A DNA stretch of 64,000 nt from an uncultured delta proteobacterium. GTDB lineage: Bacteria; Myxococcota_A; Polyangia; Fen-1088. Shown piece after piece: positions 1 to 10,555 of the stretch; within the stretch, counting starts at the first letter, position 1; each line of letters opens with the position of its first letter. The notes under the pieces are model-generated. The model saw nothing but the letters and a program-made list of their open reading frames with translations. It searched no databases and was not told the origin of the DNA. The DNA is taken from the NCBI GenBank assembly GCA_963737265.1, contig CAVTRY010000022.1, forward strand, positions 362,973 to 426,972. Reading direction: 5' to 3'. The translations under genes and the position numbers were made by a program.

Positions 1-1
1 T

Positions 2-709
2 TTCTTAGGTGAGTTTCTCCTCGGTGTGCGGCGCCAGGAAGCAGCTTGCCTGGCGCCATCCGATACGCGAGACGTGAGCCTCATCCTCATTTCGCACGCG
101 CATCGCGACCGTCTGCACCTGCCCAGTCTGCGCCGACTGCCTCGGCGCGCGGCGATCGTGGTGCCGCCTCGATGCACGCCTCTTGTCCATCGCTTGGGGT
201 TTGCAAGGGTCGTGGAGCTTGCGCCCGGCCAAGTGGTGGAACATAGGGATCTGGAAGTGACGGCGGTGGCCGCACGTCACGACGGCAGGCGCGGGCTGCT
301 CGACCCGACCTGGCGGTCGGCGGGTGGCTACATCGTGAAGTCCGCCGGAGCCTCGGTCTACTACGCGGGAGATTCGGCCTATTTCTCGGGTTTCGAGGAG
401 ATTGGCCGTCGCCTCCACCCGGACGTGGCGCTCTTGCCCGTGGCTGGCTACGAGCCGCCGAGCTTGCGCGACGACCACATGTCGCCGCTCGATGCCTTGC
501 AGGCGTTCCAGGATCTCGGCGCCAAGCTGCTGGTTCCCATCGGGTATGGCTCGTTTCCGATGGGCTACGAGCCGTGCGACGAACCCTTGTCCTGGCTGGT
601 CCGCCTCTGCGCCGAGCGGGGTCTCGCGGATCGCCTGGCGGTGCTCCGGCCGGGCGATACTTGCCAAGTGCACGGCGGTTTTATTGCCGACGGCGGTCCC
701 AACCGCTGA
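2..709 (+). CDS. MBL-fold metallo-hydrolase (NAPE-PLD/RomA-like), 5' partial
   Basis: Frame open from window start; motifs LILISHAHRDRL, AVAARH, YYAGDSAY, DVALLPV, HMSP, PIGYGSF match the beta-lactamase_B_2 family pattern. Confidence 0.8.
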   Translation, partial: FLGEFLLGVRRQEAACLAPSDTRDVSLILISHAHRDRLHLPSLRRLPRRAAIVVPPRCTPLVHRLGFARVVELAPGQVVEHRDLEVTAVAARHDGRRGLLDPTWRSAGGYIVKSAGASVYYAGDSAYFSGFEEIGRRLHPDVALLPVAGYEPPSLRDDHMSPLDALQAFQDLGAKLLVPIGYGSFPMGYEPCDEPLSWLVRLCAERGLADRLAVLRPGDTCQVHGGFIADGGPNR

Positions 710-794
710 TCGACACTTGTCGTCTCTCATCGTTCCTTTTGCCTATCCACACTGCTAAAGTGCCGGCCCGGCGAAGGAAAGCCCGAAAGAACGC

Positions 795-3182
795 ATGATT
801 CTTATGGAAAAATTGCGGCGAATACAGCCAGTTTGGTGGATCGCGCTTTTCGCGGTCGCCCTCGTCTTGCCCCGGCTTGGATCGTTTGGTTTCTGGGATC
901 CCTGGGAGCTGAAAGTCGCGGAGCACGCGCGCGATATGGCGGGCGCGTCGTCGTTGTTCGACGTGACCGTGAACAAACGTTTCACGGCGGAGCCGCCGCT
1001 CGATCTCGTTCTGAGCGCGCTCGGTATGCAGCTTTTTTCGGTGGGGGAGTTTGGCGGTCGCATCGGCAACGGCCTGTGCGCCATCCTCGCCATCCTCGCC
1101 GTCTATTGGGCTGGCCTCGGTCTGTTCCGGCGCCGGGCGGCCGTGCTCTCGGCGCTGGCGCTCGGCTCATTTCCACTGTTCGTGCTCGAAGCTCGCCAAA
1201 TCGTATCGGATATGCCTTTGATCGCGGGGCTGGCGCTGGCCTTGGGAGGGTTCGGCCGCTACGCCTGGCCCGCCGACGGTGTGCGGCGCTCGCGCGACCT
1301 TGCCGTGGCTGGGATTGGTCTCGTGCTGGGCCTTCTCTCGGGCGGCGCGCTCCTCGGCGTGGCCTTGCCGTGTTTGACGGTCGCGGGAGCTCTCCTCGTC
1401 GGTTTCGGTTTGCGCCCGCGCGACGAAGCCGCCGGAGCGGGAAATTCATCGCTGACGGCGGCCGGCGTCGGACGAGACGTCCCTGCCGACGCAAGCTTCG
1501 GTCGCGGGCTCTTCGCCCAGGCGGCACGGGGCCGCGCGCCTCTCGTCTCGGTGGCGGCTCTTGGTGTGCTGTTGTTCGCGCTGACCCTCATCACCGCCAA
1601 CGTCGCTGGCAAGTTCTCGCTGCTCCTAGGCGGCGTGCCTCGCGCGGGTACGCCTGCCACGACCTTCGACTTCTTCGTCAAGCAACTCGGCTTCGGCCTA
1701 TTTCCCTGGAGCGCCGTGGCCGTGTTCGCTCTCGGCCGGCCGCTGATTCGGCTCGGCGGTGGCGACGAACCCGACGGCGATCGACTGGCTTTCGCGCAAC
1801 TCTACCTGCTCATCTTCGCCGCCTTTGGCTTCGCGCTGTCGAGCCTCTTCGTGCTTATGACCGGTGAGGCGCGCTTCGCCGCGCTGGCGCCGGTCGCGCT
1901 GGCCGTCGGCGCGCTTCTCGACGAGGCACTGGAGGGCAAACGCGCCGAGCCGGTGCTGGGCCTGCTGGTCGCGACCGGCACCATGGTGGTCGCGCGCGAT
2001 TTCGTCCTCACGCCTGAAGAGCTGGTTTCGGTCCACACCCTGGCCAAGGTGCATTGGCCGCCCACCATCAATCTTGGCCCGGTTTTCATCGTCATCGGGC
2101 TGCTTTTTGCCGGCGGAATCTACACCGGGCTGTCCACGCGCGGTCGCGCCCTCGGGCGCGTGGCGCTCCGCGATCTCGGCGCTGCCGGGCCGTGGCGCAG
2201 ATGCATCGAGAAGGCCGTGGTCGAGGCCGGCCGCTACGGCATCCAGGTCGCGGTGGCTTCGGCCGTGCTGTTCGCGGGCGTGGTTGGCCTCTATCTCGTG
2301 CCGACCCTATCCAAACACCTTTCCTTCAAGCCGCTGCTCGAAACCTACGCGCGCTTCGCTCTGCATGGCGAGAGAATCGGCCGCTACAAGGTCGAAGCCC
2401 AGGGCGCCGGCTTCTACAGCCACAAGGAAATGAGCGATCTGCCCACGCAGGATCGCTTGGTGGAATTCCTGCGCGCCAGTGACCGCGTGTTCGCGTTGGT
2501 GCCGACGACGGAAATTGGGGCGCTCGATGCCGCGCTCAAGACGGCCAAGGTGGCGTACGTGGTGGTCGACGGGTCGTCGTCGCGCTTCCTGCTGTTGTCG
2601 AATCGGCTGGAAAGCGGCGAAAAGGACGACAATCCGCTCAAGCCCGATGTGTGGATGGCGCCGCAGTTGCCGTCGCTGGTTGCGGCGGCGTCGGGCGAGG
2701 CGAGCCCCAACCCTGCAGCGGGTGAAGCCGCCAAGAAGATCGAGTGGCCGGATCAGCCGGCGCCCTGGAAGTGGCGAATTTCGGCCCGGGCCATTTTTGA
2801 CGATTCCATCGAGCTAGTCGGCGCGGATTTTCCACCCGACATTCGCCGGCCAGGCAAGATTCATCTCGTGCTCTACTTCCGGGTGCACAAGAAGCCCAAG
2901 CCTGGATTCCGCGTGTTCGTGCACTTCGACGCGCCCTCCGAACCGCGGCTGCTCGGCGACCATCCCCTGCTGAACGGGACCTTCCCGACCGAATATTGGT
3001 TGCCGGGGGAATACATTCGCGATAGCTACGACGTGGATGTTCCGCTGATGACGACGCCCGCGGGCAAATACACTCTGTTGATTGGCTTCTGGCCGGGTGG
3101 CGAGGGCAAGCGCCTGAAGATCACGGCGGGCAACAACGACGGCGCGGATCGCACCCAGGTTGGCTTCATTGAGATCAAGTAG
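795..3182 (+). CDS. ArnT/PMT-like (GT-C) membrane glycosyltransferase with C-terminal soluble beta domain
   Basis: 795 aa; N-terminal PRLGSFGFWDPWE...EPPL motif, ~12 hydrophobic segments, C-terminal FVHFD...DH...W.PGEYIRD...G.YTL..G domain typical of GT39/GT83-associated domains. Confidence 0.75.
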   Translation: MILMEKLRRIQPVWWIALFAVALVLPRLGSFGFWDPWELKVAEHARDMAGASSLFDVTVNKRFTAEPPLDLVLSALGMQLFSVGEFGGRIGNGLCAILAILAVYWAGLGLFRRRAAVLSALALGSFPLFVLEARQIVSDMPLIAGLALALGGFGRYAWPADGVRRSRDLAVAGIGLVLGLLSGGALLGVALPCLTVAGALLVGFGLRPRDEAAGAGNSSLTAAGVGRDVPADASFGRGLFAQAARGRAPLVSVAALGVLLFALTLITANVAGKFSLLLGGVPRAGTPATTFDFFVKQLGFGLFPWSAVAVFALGRPLIRLGGGDEPDGDRLAFAQLYLLIFAAFGFALSSLFVLMTGEARFAALAPVALAVGALLDEALEGKRAEPVLGLLVATGTMVVARDFVLTPEELVSVHTLAKVHWPPTINLGPVFIVIGLLFAGGIYTGLSTRGRALGRVALRDLGAAGPWRRCIEKAVVEAGRYGIQVAVASAVLFAGVVGLYLVPTLSKHLSFKPLLETYARFALHGERIGRYKVEAQGAGFYSHKEMSDLPTQDRLVEFLRASDRVFALVPTTEIGALDAALKTAKVAYVVVDGSSSRFLLLSNRLESGEKDDNPLKPDVWMAPQLPSLVAAASGEASPNPAAGEAAKKIEWPDQPAPWKWRISARAIFDDSIELVGADFPPDIRRPGKIHLVLYFRVHKKPKPGFRVFVHFDAPSEPRLLGDHPLLNGTFPTEYWLPGEYIRDSYDVDVPLMTTPAGKYTLLIGFWPGGEGKRLKITAGNNDGADRTQVGFIEIK

Positions 3183-3186
3183 CCCC

Positions 3187-3612
3187 ATGCCCGCCAAGGA
3201 TCGTCGCAAGCGCAAAGCCTCGGTCGTCGCCGACGAACGGCGCGAAGGGCGCGAGCGGCGCGAACACGAGCGTATAGCGATGTGTCTGGAGGTCGACTAT
3301 CGCTGCGACGAAACCTTCCTGTTCGCCTACATCACCGATATGTCGGCCATGGGGATTTTCATTCAAACCACGAGTCCGCAACCGGCTGGCACCTTGCTCA
3401 ACTTGCGTTTTCGCACCCCGGACGGCGCGCGCATGGATGTCGATGGCAGGGTCATTTGGGTCAATCACCCTCGGCGGGCCGACAGCATCAACCCGGGCAT
3501 GGGCGTGCAATTCGTCGATTTGACGTCCGCGCAGCGCGAACAGATCACGGGACTCGTGCGCACGTTCGCCTATCTCAGCGACGATGAAGACAAGATTCGC
3601 GGGAATTCCTAG
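3187..3612 (+). CDS. PilZ-domain protein (myxobacterial TIGR02266-like)
   Basis: RxxxR (RREHER) and D/NxSxxG (DMSAMG) c-di-GMP motifs; GRVIWVN...PGMGVQF signature. Confidence 0.85.
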   Translation: MPAKDRRKRKASVVADERREGRERREHERIAMCLEVDYRCDETFLFAYITDMSAMGIFIQTTSPQPAGTLLNLRFRTPDGARMDVDGRVIWVNHPRRADSINPGMGVQFVDLTSAQREQITGLVRTFAYLSDDEDKIRGNS

Positions 3613-3677
3613 AGCACCGCTCGCGTGCTCGCGTGCGGGAAAGTTGACAGAATCGCAGCCGCGTTGAGACTCGCTCC

Positions 3678-3947
3678 ATGAGGCCAGCGCGGCGAATAAT
3701 CAAAGTCCAGCGGCGACAAGTGCTTCCCGAGCGATCGCGCATTACTGCGGGCCGCACCGTGGCGGCGCTGCGACGAAGCCGGGAAGCGCTGGTGGATATC
3801 GAAAACCAGCTCGACAATCTTCTGCTGAACCTGCGGTCGCCCGGGACGCGCATCGACGCCGGCGCCCCGGATCGGCTGGCATGTGCCGCCGGGAAGGCCA
3901 ACGAAGCCATGGTCACGCTTCAGAATCTCGGAAGTCTTTTCGCGTAG
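3678..3947 (+). CDS. small hypothetical protein
   Basis: 89-aa ORF in operon orientation between PilZ and CPBP genes; helical composition; no recognised motif. Confidence 0.4.
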   Translation: MRPARRIIKVQRRQVLPERSRITAGRTVAALRRSREALVDIENQLDNLLLNLRSPGTRIDAGAPDRLACAAGKANEAMVTLQNLGSLFA

Positions 3948-3973
3948 CAGGCGCTCGGGCGGGAACGTGCGCC

Positions 3974-4726
3974 TTGCCGGATCGCGAACAAAGAACCGCC
4001 AGCCTGAGCGAACCGCTGCTGGCGTTTGCTGCGGTGATTGGGGTCGCGGCGATTCTTTTTTTGGCCGCGCGCAGTGTCAGCTTCGTGCAGCAGATCATGC
4101 ACAGCGCAATTGCATGCACATTCCTCTTCGGACCTGAGGTCGCGGCACGCCTCTCCGGTCGTCCGTTCGATCCGCGGGTGGCGGGCATTACCGTCCAACC
4201 CCTCGGACCTAGCTTGCGCGTGCTCGGTCTCGCCGTACTTGTGACCTGGCCCATCTTTGTCCTCGGTTTCTTTCTTTACTACGCTGCCATCTGTCCGGAA
4301 GATGGCTCGCTGCACGCATGGGTCGAGGCGTTGGCGCCGGTGTGTTCGCGCTGGCGTGGGGTAGCTGCCTGGCACTGGCAGGTGCCCGAGGGATTCTTGG
4401 TCTTGGCGCTGTCCCAGATTCTGGTGGTCGCCGTTCCTGAGGAAATCTTCTTTCGCGGCTATTTGATGGCGCGTTTCGAGGAGCGCTGGCCATCGCGCCG
4501 CCGCCTGTGGGGCGCCGCGGTGGGATGGCCGCTCTTGTTGTCGAGCGTGCTTTTCGGCCTAGGCCATTTCCTGGTCGATTTTCAGCCGGCGCGGCTGGCG
4601 GTGTTTTTTCCTGCGCTCGCCTTTGGGTGGATGCGCAACCGTTCGGGGTCGGTTGCGCCGGGCGCGGTTTTTCACGCCCTGTGCAACCTGCTAAGCGAAG
4701 TCCTGCACGACAGCCTCTTCAATTAA
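3974..4726 (+). CDS. CPBP/Abi glutamic-type intramembrane protease (myxosortase-like)
   Basis: EEIFFRG, FGLGH and FHALCN motifs in a multi-TM protein; start uncertain (TTG 3974 chosen). Confidence 0.85.
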   Translation: MPDREQRTASLSEPLLAFAAVIGVAAILFLAARSVSFVQQIMHSAIACTFLFGPEVAARLSGRPFDPRVAGITVQPLGPSLRVLGLAVLVTWPIFVLGFFLYYAAICPEDGSLHAWVEALAPVCSRWRGVAAWHWQVPEGFLVLALSQILVVAVPEEIFFRGYLMARFEERWPSRRRLWGAAVGWPLLLSSVLFGLGHFLVDFQPARLAVFFPALAFGWMRNRSGSVAPGAVFHALCNLLSEVLHDSLFN

Positions 4727-4809
4727 ATTAGGAGCAGGATCGATGGGGCACTTTTCATCCCCCGCGGTCGAGTTCCGGCGGACATAACCCCGCCGTCCCG
4801 CACGCGGCA

Positions 4810-7547
4810 TTACTGCGGCGACGACGCCGATTGGCCCTGGAGATGGATGTTGCGAGTGGTGCTGTTCCAGCCAGCCGGCAGCGGTTGGCAGAAGGCCTGA
4901 TCGCTCGCCACCGAGATGACCAAATTGCCCGTCGCGGTGAACGTCAAATCGGAGTCGTTGGGCTGGAAGATGGCCACGATGTTGGAAGTGACCGGTACCG
5001 TGAGGGGTGGCGCATCGGTGCCGGGTAAAATATTCGTTTGATTGGAGAGTCTGAACACTGAGCCCTGGCCCGGAGCAATGATGAGATTCTGCAAAGACGC
5101 CTGCGCTGGTGCATTCCCGGCGTTGACGATGGGGACGTACAGTTTGCGTATTGCTCCAGTGGTGGCGGTGCCGAAGCTCCATTCCGTCGGCCAAAGCTCG
5201 TTGGTGATGATGACACCTTGGGCGCCCATCGTCAGACTAACCTGATGGGGACTGTCGTTCACGGCATCGGTCGTGATGGTCAGACTTCCGTCGAATAGCG
5301 CGTGGTTCGGAACTTGGGCGACCGCCGGCGGAATAGCAACTGGCGTAACCGTGATTTCGACCGAGCTGTCCGGTGCTACAGCTGCTGGCAGGTTTGGATA
5401 GTCAAGTGTGTAGTAGTTGGTGTTGGTGAGCGTGACATTGGTTATGTCGTACGGGGCGCTGCCGGGGTTGGTCAGAGTAATCTGCTGCGGGGCCGCGCTT
5501 GCTCCGCAGTTGACCAGGCCGAAGTCGATCGCGCCGGGGATTCCCGCCACCAGTGCGCGCGTGGCCCTCCCCGTCGCGGACAGGTCGCCCGAGGCGGTTC
5601 CACAATTGGCTTCCGCGCCAACTTGCCAGTGGATGGTTGCCGCCAGGTCGACGTGCGTGCCGCTCGTGATGATGCTGGTGTCCGCACCGGGAGCGAACGT
5701 TACCGTCACATCGGCCTGGCCGCCGGCGGCGACGCTAACCGAGGATGGAGCCACGCTAAAGTATGGGGCGCCTCCGCCGGTGACCGTGAACGAAACCGAC
5801 GCGGGAACGGAATTCGGATTGGCGTTGTTTTGCACCGTCAGGTGAACCGGGAGCGACTGCTGAGCGGGCGAGGCGATGGGAACCGAGCCGAAGGCAAGCG
5901 ACGGTGCCGTCACAGTCACGACGTCACCCAGCGGGGTTTGCGTTAGCGTGATATGGCGAACAGTGGTGTCACCGAGGATGTTGGTTGGCGTAACGTCAAT
6001 CGTGTCGGTGACCGGCGTGGCGTTGCTCGGACTGTTCGGCGTGACGGTGACCTGCGAAGCCGGCTCGGGGCTGCCGTTGGTGGGCGGCGGCAGCGTGTCT
6101 CCGGTCGACGAGAGCTGGAAGATGGAGCTGTTTCCGCCTTCGAGGGCCGCGGTCCATGCCATGGAGGCCGTCCCACTGTTCGTGACGGTGAAGGTCTGGC
6201 CGATCGGATTGCCACCACAAGCGGTGGCGAAGCTTAGCGAGATCGCCGAGAGCGCGATAGCGCCGTTGAGCGACGTTCCGGTCAGGGCGAGCGGGCCCGG
6301 CAGCGCGTGCTGGCACACCGCCACTTGCGTCGCCAGGGTCATCGACAGGGCGCCGACCGCCGGCCCGGCCGCATCCGGAGCCATGAAAGCAACGATGCCG
6401 TCGGCCGAGTGGCCGGCGAGGATGGTGACGGGCGTGGAACTGGTTACGCTGAACGCGTTGGTCGCAAGCAGGTTCACCTGCGCATCCACGTTGCCGGAGT
6501 TGACGACGTGGAATGTTCCGGTCGTTGTCTCTCCTGGCGACAGGATGCCGAAGGAGCCAAATGATTCTTCAGTGCTCCACGCGAGCACCGCGCCCTGCGC
6601 GCTCTCGGTGACGTAGACCAAGTGCTGGTCGTCGTTGGGAACGTCGGTCTGAATCGTCAGGGTGTCGTCGTAGCTGGCCCCCACGGCGGAGGTCAGGGGA
6701 ATTCCCGGAGCGTGAATGGTGACGACAAGCGTTCCGCCGGCAGCGATGGTCGTTCCGCCCGTGACAGCGGTGTAGCCCAGCGTTCCCGTGAATTGCGAGC
6801 TTGTGATATGAGCGTCGGATCCACCCGAGTTGGTCAAGGTGAAGGTCTGCACCGGCGGCGCTTGGCCGCCACATGGATTGAGGCCGAAGTCGAAGGTGTA
6901 GTCTTTTGCTGGCCAACCGGTGAGCACGGCTGGCGAGCTCGGCGCGTCGGGATTGGCCGAGGCGCCAGCTTCCGTTAGGTCACCACCGGCCTCGCCCGCT
7001 AGGCCACTGTCGACATCAATGCCGATGGCGCCGCCCGTGCCGCCAGTGCCGCCACCCGCGCCGCCCGCACCGCCCGCACCGCCGCTTCCGGCCCCGGTGT
7101 CGAGGCCAGCGCCTCCCGAGCCGCTGATGGGACTGTCTGCCGGCGATCCGTCGGCCGGCGCCACGCCATCCGAGGGGAGCGGAACGTCAGCGGTGGCATT
7201 GGCCGCGTCCACCGTGCCGCCAGCAGCGTCATCGGCTGTCGGCGTGTTCGAGCCTCGCGCTGCTGTCCTGACCGCCGTCGTAGCTGCTCGCGACGGTGTC
7301 GGCCCCAACGCCCACGTCGGCCGGGCCGCCAGAATCCATCGGGGACCTTCTTGCCTGCCTCCGGCTGCGCCTCGGAACCTACGGTGCTATCTGGGGCTGA
7401 GCCAACCGCGTCTCCCCTTCCGTCGCTGGCCGCGTCGGAGTCCTTCTTTGGTGCGCCGCTGCCGCCGCAACCCGCGAAGGCAAACACTCCGGCCAGTCCG
7501 AGGCAGGCGATGGGAAAAAGGGCAGTGGAACATTGAAAGGGCTTCAT
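4810..7547 (-). CDS. large surface lipoprotein with Gly/Asp-rich stalk and tandem Ig-like (ASH/choice-of-anchor D-like) domains; two apparent frameshifts at ~7260-7340
   Basis: Lipobox N-terminus MKPFQC...AGVFAFAGC from ATG 7547; main frame 4810-7308 has repeated FG...TFTLTNSG / VVNSG / TVTNSG / ITLTNPG units of ~100-115 aa. Confidence 0.75.
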
Positions 7548-7610
7548 CTGTCGATCTCCAGTGAGGGGTGCGATGGTCCTGCCAGCGAGCGTGGATCGCG
7601 TTCGCGGCTG

Positions 7611-8114
7611 GATGTTCACGACCACTACAACTACGACCACAGCGCGAACTTTGGAGCCTACAAAACTTACCAATGGGTCGATCTCCCAGGCCCCGGCGGG
7701 GCGGTGCCGGACCAGTTGATCGATCAGTCCATTAAGCGGGCAGTGGACGAACAACTCGCGCAGAAAGGCCTGACCAGGGTCGACAGTGGCGCGGATCTCC
7801 ACGTCGCTTATCACGCCATTGTCAGAGAGGAAAAAGGCATCAACTTGTCGGCATTTGGTGACGGCGGCGGCCCTTGGGGATGGGGCGGCGGTTGGGGCGG
7901 ATTCAATAGCGGTACAGTAACCGGCCAAACATCCACTATTCCTGTCGGAACGCTGCTCGTAGACCTCTATGATCCTGCAAGAAAGCAGCTGGTCTGGCGC
8001 GGAGATGGCACCAAAACTATTGATCTTAAGAAAGACCCTGATAAGAACTACAGAACTCTGCAAAAATCCATGGCCAAGCTGTTCAAGAACTATCCGCCGC
8101 AGGCCGGCAAGTAA
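7611..8114 (+). CDS. DUF4136-family exported protein, 5' truncated at segment junction
   Basis: YNYDHSANFGAYKTYQW...I..AVDEQLAQKGL...GTLLVDLYD...LVWRG pattern; no signal peptide or start upstream. Confidence 0.8.
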   Translation, partial: DVHDHYNYDHSANFGAYKTYQWVDLPGPGGAVPDQLIDQSIKRAVDEQLAQKGLTRVDSGADLHVAYHAIVREEKGINLSAFGDGGGPWGWGGGWGGFNSGTVTGQTSTIPVGTLLVDLYDPARKQLVWRGDGTKTIDLKKDPDKNYRTLQKSMAKLFKNYPPQAGK

Positions 8115-8127
8115 GAGGAGACTTAAA

Positions 8128-8932
8128 GTGAAATCACAATGGATCATCGGATTTTTACTAACGTGTGCGCTGGCGATTTCCGCCAATGCTCAAGAGAATG
8201 GCGGCGTGCAAAGTGCGGCCGGCCCAATCGCAAACTTCGCGCAGCAAAACTCCGGCGGCGCAACCAGCCCTACTACGCAACTACAAGCACCTGCAGGAGG
8301 GCAGGAGGCAGGGACCTACCAAGACCGATTAGAGGAGGTCGTTGGAGCCATGTCGGCAGAGTTAGCCGAAATTGCGCAGGCCGCTCGTGAAGGCAAGATC
8401 GGCCGCGATCAAGCCGAATACCTCAGCCTGGAACGCTATTACGTTGCACTGACACGCTTCCAGCTCCTACGTACCCTGTACCAGGCGCCGCAGGACAGCA
8501 ATCCACCACAAAGTTACGCGCAGGCGAATACTTCAACCCAGATTTCCGGGAGCGCCTTCGCGTATTCCTTCGATGGTCTGCTCGCCTGATATTCCCGACC
8601 AGCTCGTTGACTATCTCCAGCTCACGCCGCTAGAAATCCAGGCGTTAGAGGCACAAGTTACCGAACAGTGCAAGCAGGTACAACCACTTGTAGACCGGCT
8701 TGAAAAGAGCCGTCGCAAGGTGCTTGAGATGAAACTGAACGGGAAAGTTGACGACCGGGAAGTTCAGGCTCTCGCCGCAGAACAGTCGCAGATTATCAAG
8801 CAGCTCATTGTGGCGAATTCACAGCTTGAGACCAAACTCTATAAGACGCTGACCAGCGAACAACAACAAAAGGTGGATGGGTTATTGCGCCAGACTCTCA
8901 GCTCTGGAGGAACACCACCGCTTCCTCAATAG
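8128..8932 (+). CDS. exported protein with C-terminal Spy/CpxP-like helical domain (frameshift ~8570)
   Basis: GAGGAG RBS, signal peptide MKSQWIIGFLLTCALAISANA; second half has LQLTPLE...LYKTLTSEQQQK (LTxxQ motif). Confidence 0.6.
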
Positions 8933-9206
8933 CGAGCGGGCCCATACCATTCAGAAACTCTTGTCCGAGGCCGCCTTGCTGTTGAAAGGATTGCAACCCA
9001 AGGCGGCGTTAATAACGCCGCTACCTCTTAACCTCCTGTCCTTTTCGGTCGTTGCGTCACTTTCTTTGCCAGTTACGCTTCGACGCTCGCTCGTCTATCC
9101 CACACTGATTACTGGAGTTTCGTCAGCCGCCTGCATTCGGTCAGGGCAGATTCAGTCTGCATTGGTAAAGGCGCCTTGATTTCAGCAACTTGCGGTAAAC
9201 ACTGAT

Positions 9207-9222
9207 TGGCACGCGGGCTGCA
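9207..9222 (+). promoter_or_regulatory. sigma54 -24/-12 promoter
   Basis: TGGCAC-GCGGG-CTGCA; IHF-like TTTCAGCAACTTG just upstream. Confidence 0.7.
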
Positions 9223-9295
9223 TTACCTATTACGTCCGTCGCCCCGACTCTTCCAAGCTCTGAAGATCGGGAAATTGAAGGCGCAAAGGTGATGC

Positions 9296-9910
9296 ATGTA
9301 TTGGCTGCACCTGACAAGGAAGCAGAAGAAACGAATCGCACAAGTACTCAGCACGACCGAGATCGAGGATCCTTTTGCTGACCAAAGCGAGAGTCTGTAC
9401 TGGACTGCTCTGATGATCACGGGAACTGCGGAAATGGCGGAGCGATCGGTTATCGACGCAACAGGTCTTGCCGAGACCAGTAGCCGCGAATTTCGTGACT
9501 GGCTGGTGCTTTGGGCACATTTGGCTACTGCCCGCTCTGCACTGAACGCCGTCCGTTCATCGATCCAGGAAACTGCTAAACGATACGCTGACTGGACTTG
9601 CTCGCACCATGGCCACGAGCCTCTTTCATGGGCCGAGATTCGAAGGCTCCAGGAGCTGGATGCAGGTAAAGTCGTGCAGCAGCTCGACGTTTTGGCTCGG
9701 GCTGTTCTGGTTCTTCACGGCTGCCACGCCGCTTCGTTCGAGGACTGCGTGTTGTTGCTGAATGTGCCGCTTCAATCTGCCGTTGGCGCCTACTGTACAG
9801 CGCTTGAGTGGTACAAGGCGTTTACAGAACCGGCTGACAGAGATGCAGCCGACGCAACTTCCGCAACCTACATTTTCCGGTTGCGACCTAAATGGACATT
9901 TGGGGTGTAG
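9296..9910 (+). CDS. degenerate ECF sigma-factor-like protein
   Basis: LYWTALMITGTAEMAERSVIDA resembles region 2; LDVLARAVLVLHGCHAASFEDCVLLLNVP...AL resembles region 4 HTH. Confidence 0.5.
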   Translation: MYWLHLTRKQKKRIAQVLSTTEIEDPFADQSESLYWTALMITGTAEMAERSVIDATGLAETSSREFRDWLVLWAHLATARSALNAVRSSIQETAKRYADWTCSHHGHEPLSWAEIRRLQELDAGKVVQQLDVLARAVLVLHGCHAASFEDCVLLLNVPLQSAVGAYCTALEWYKAFTEPADRDAADATSATYIFRLRPKWTFGV

Positions 9911-9921
9911 AGGAGGTCGAT

Positions 9922-10515
9922 GTGAAACGGCATTGGATGCTGGCATTCTTAATCGCTGGGGCGCTCGTGATTTCGACGGTCGCGCAAGACGTGAAAGCAC
10001 AATCTACGAACACTGTTGTGACTCAGCAGCAAGCAAGCAGCGACAACGGCTTACACACAATTGTGGTCAATGTGTGGTCAAAATCCGGGCCGGGAGAACA
10101 GGAGCCCGTCAAAATGTCATCAGCATTTGCGGCAGCCGGCCTGAACGCCGCGTTCAAGATGGAGCTGACTGAGCGAAAGATCGAAAACTCCATCAGGAGA
10201 GGTTTCCCGCTTGGCGAGTTCTGGATTCAAAACGATCTTGCCGAAGTTGACGATGCGCTAAAACTGGCGGCTCTTTCCGCCGCCAACGATGCCGATCAAC
10301 AGGCATTGCAGGAACTCGAAAAGCAAAGCACTCGGCTGCGGACCTGGAGCGATTGGCTTATTGACCAGAACCGACACCTCGCGCTGACCGAGTACTACAT
10401 CTCCTCCTCGACCCTGGACAACGACGAGCAGTTTCAGAATAGCGTCGCTTGCACAAAGTTTTTGGTCTCTATGCTGTCGAGCAGAACCTTGGCACAGGCG
10501 AACTCCTGTCTCTGA
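9922..10515 (+). CDS. secreted hypothetical protein
   Basis: GAGGAGG RBS, GTG start, signal peptide KRHWMLAFLIAGALVISTVA. Confidence 0.65.
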   Translation: MKRHWMLAFLIAGALVISTVAQDVKAQSTNTVVTQQQASSDNGLHTIVVNVWSKSGPGEQEPVKMSSAFAAAGLNAAFKMELTERKIENSIRRGFPLGEFWIQNDLAEVDDALKLAALSAANDADQQALQELEKQSTRLRTWSDWLIDQNRHLALTEYYISSSTLDNDEQFQNSVACTKFLVSMLSSRTLAQANSCL

Positions 10516-10555
10516 GGCGCGGAGGCATAACAATCAGAAAGGTGAGCAATCTTAT

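Noticed and set aside
6999-8186. 395-aa minus-strand ORF
   Set aside because: Composite of DUF4136 antisense sequence and the true N-terminus of the Ig-repeat lipoprotein, spanning a junction.
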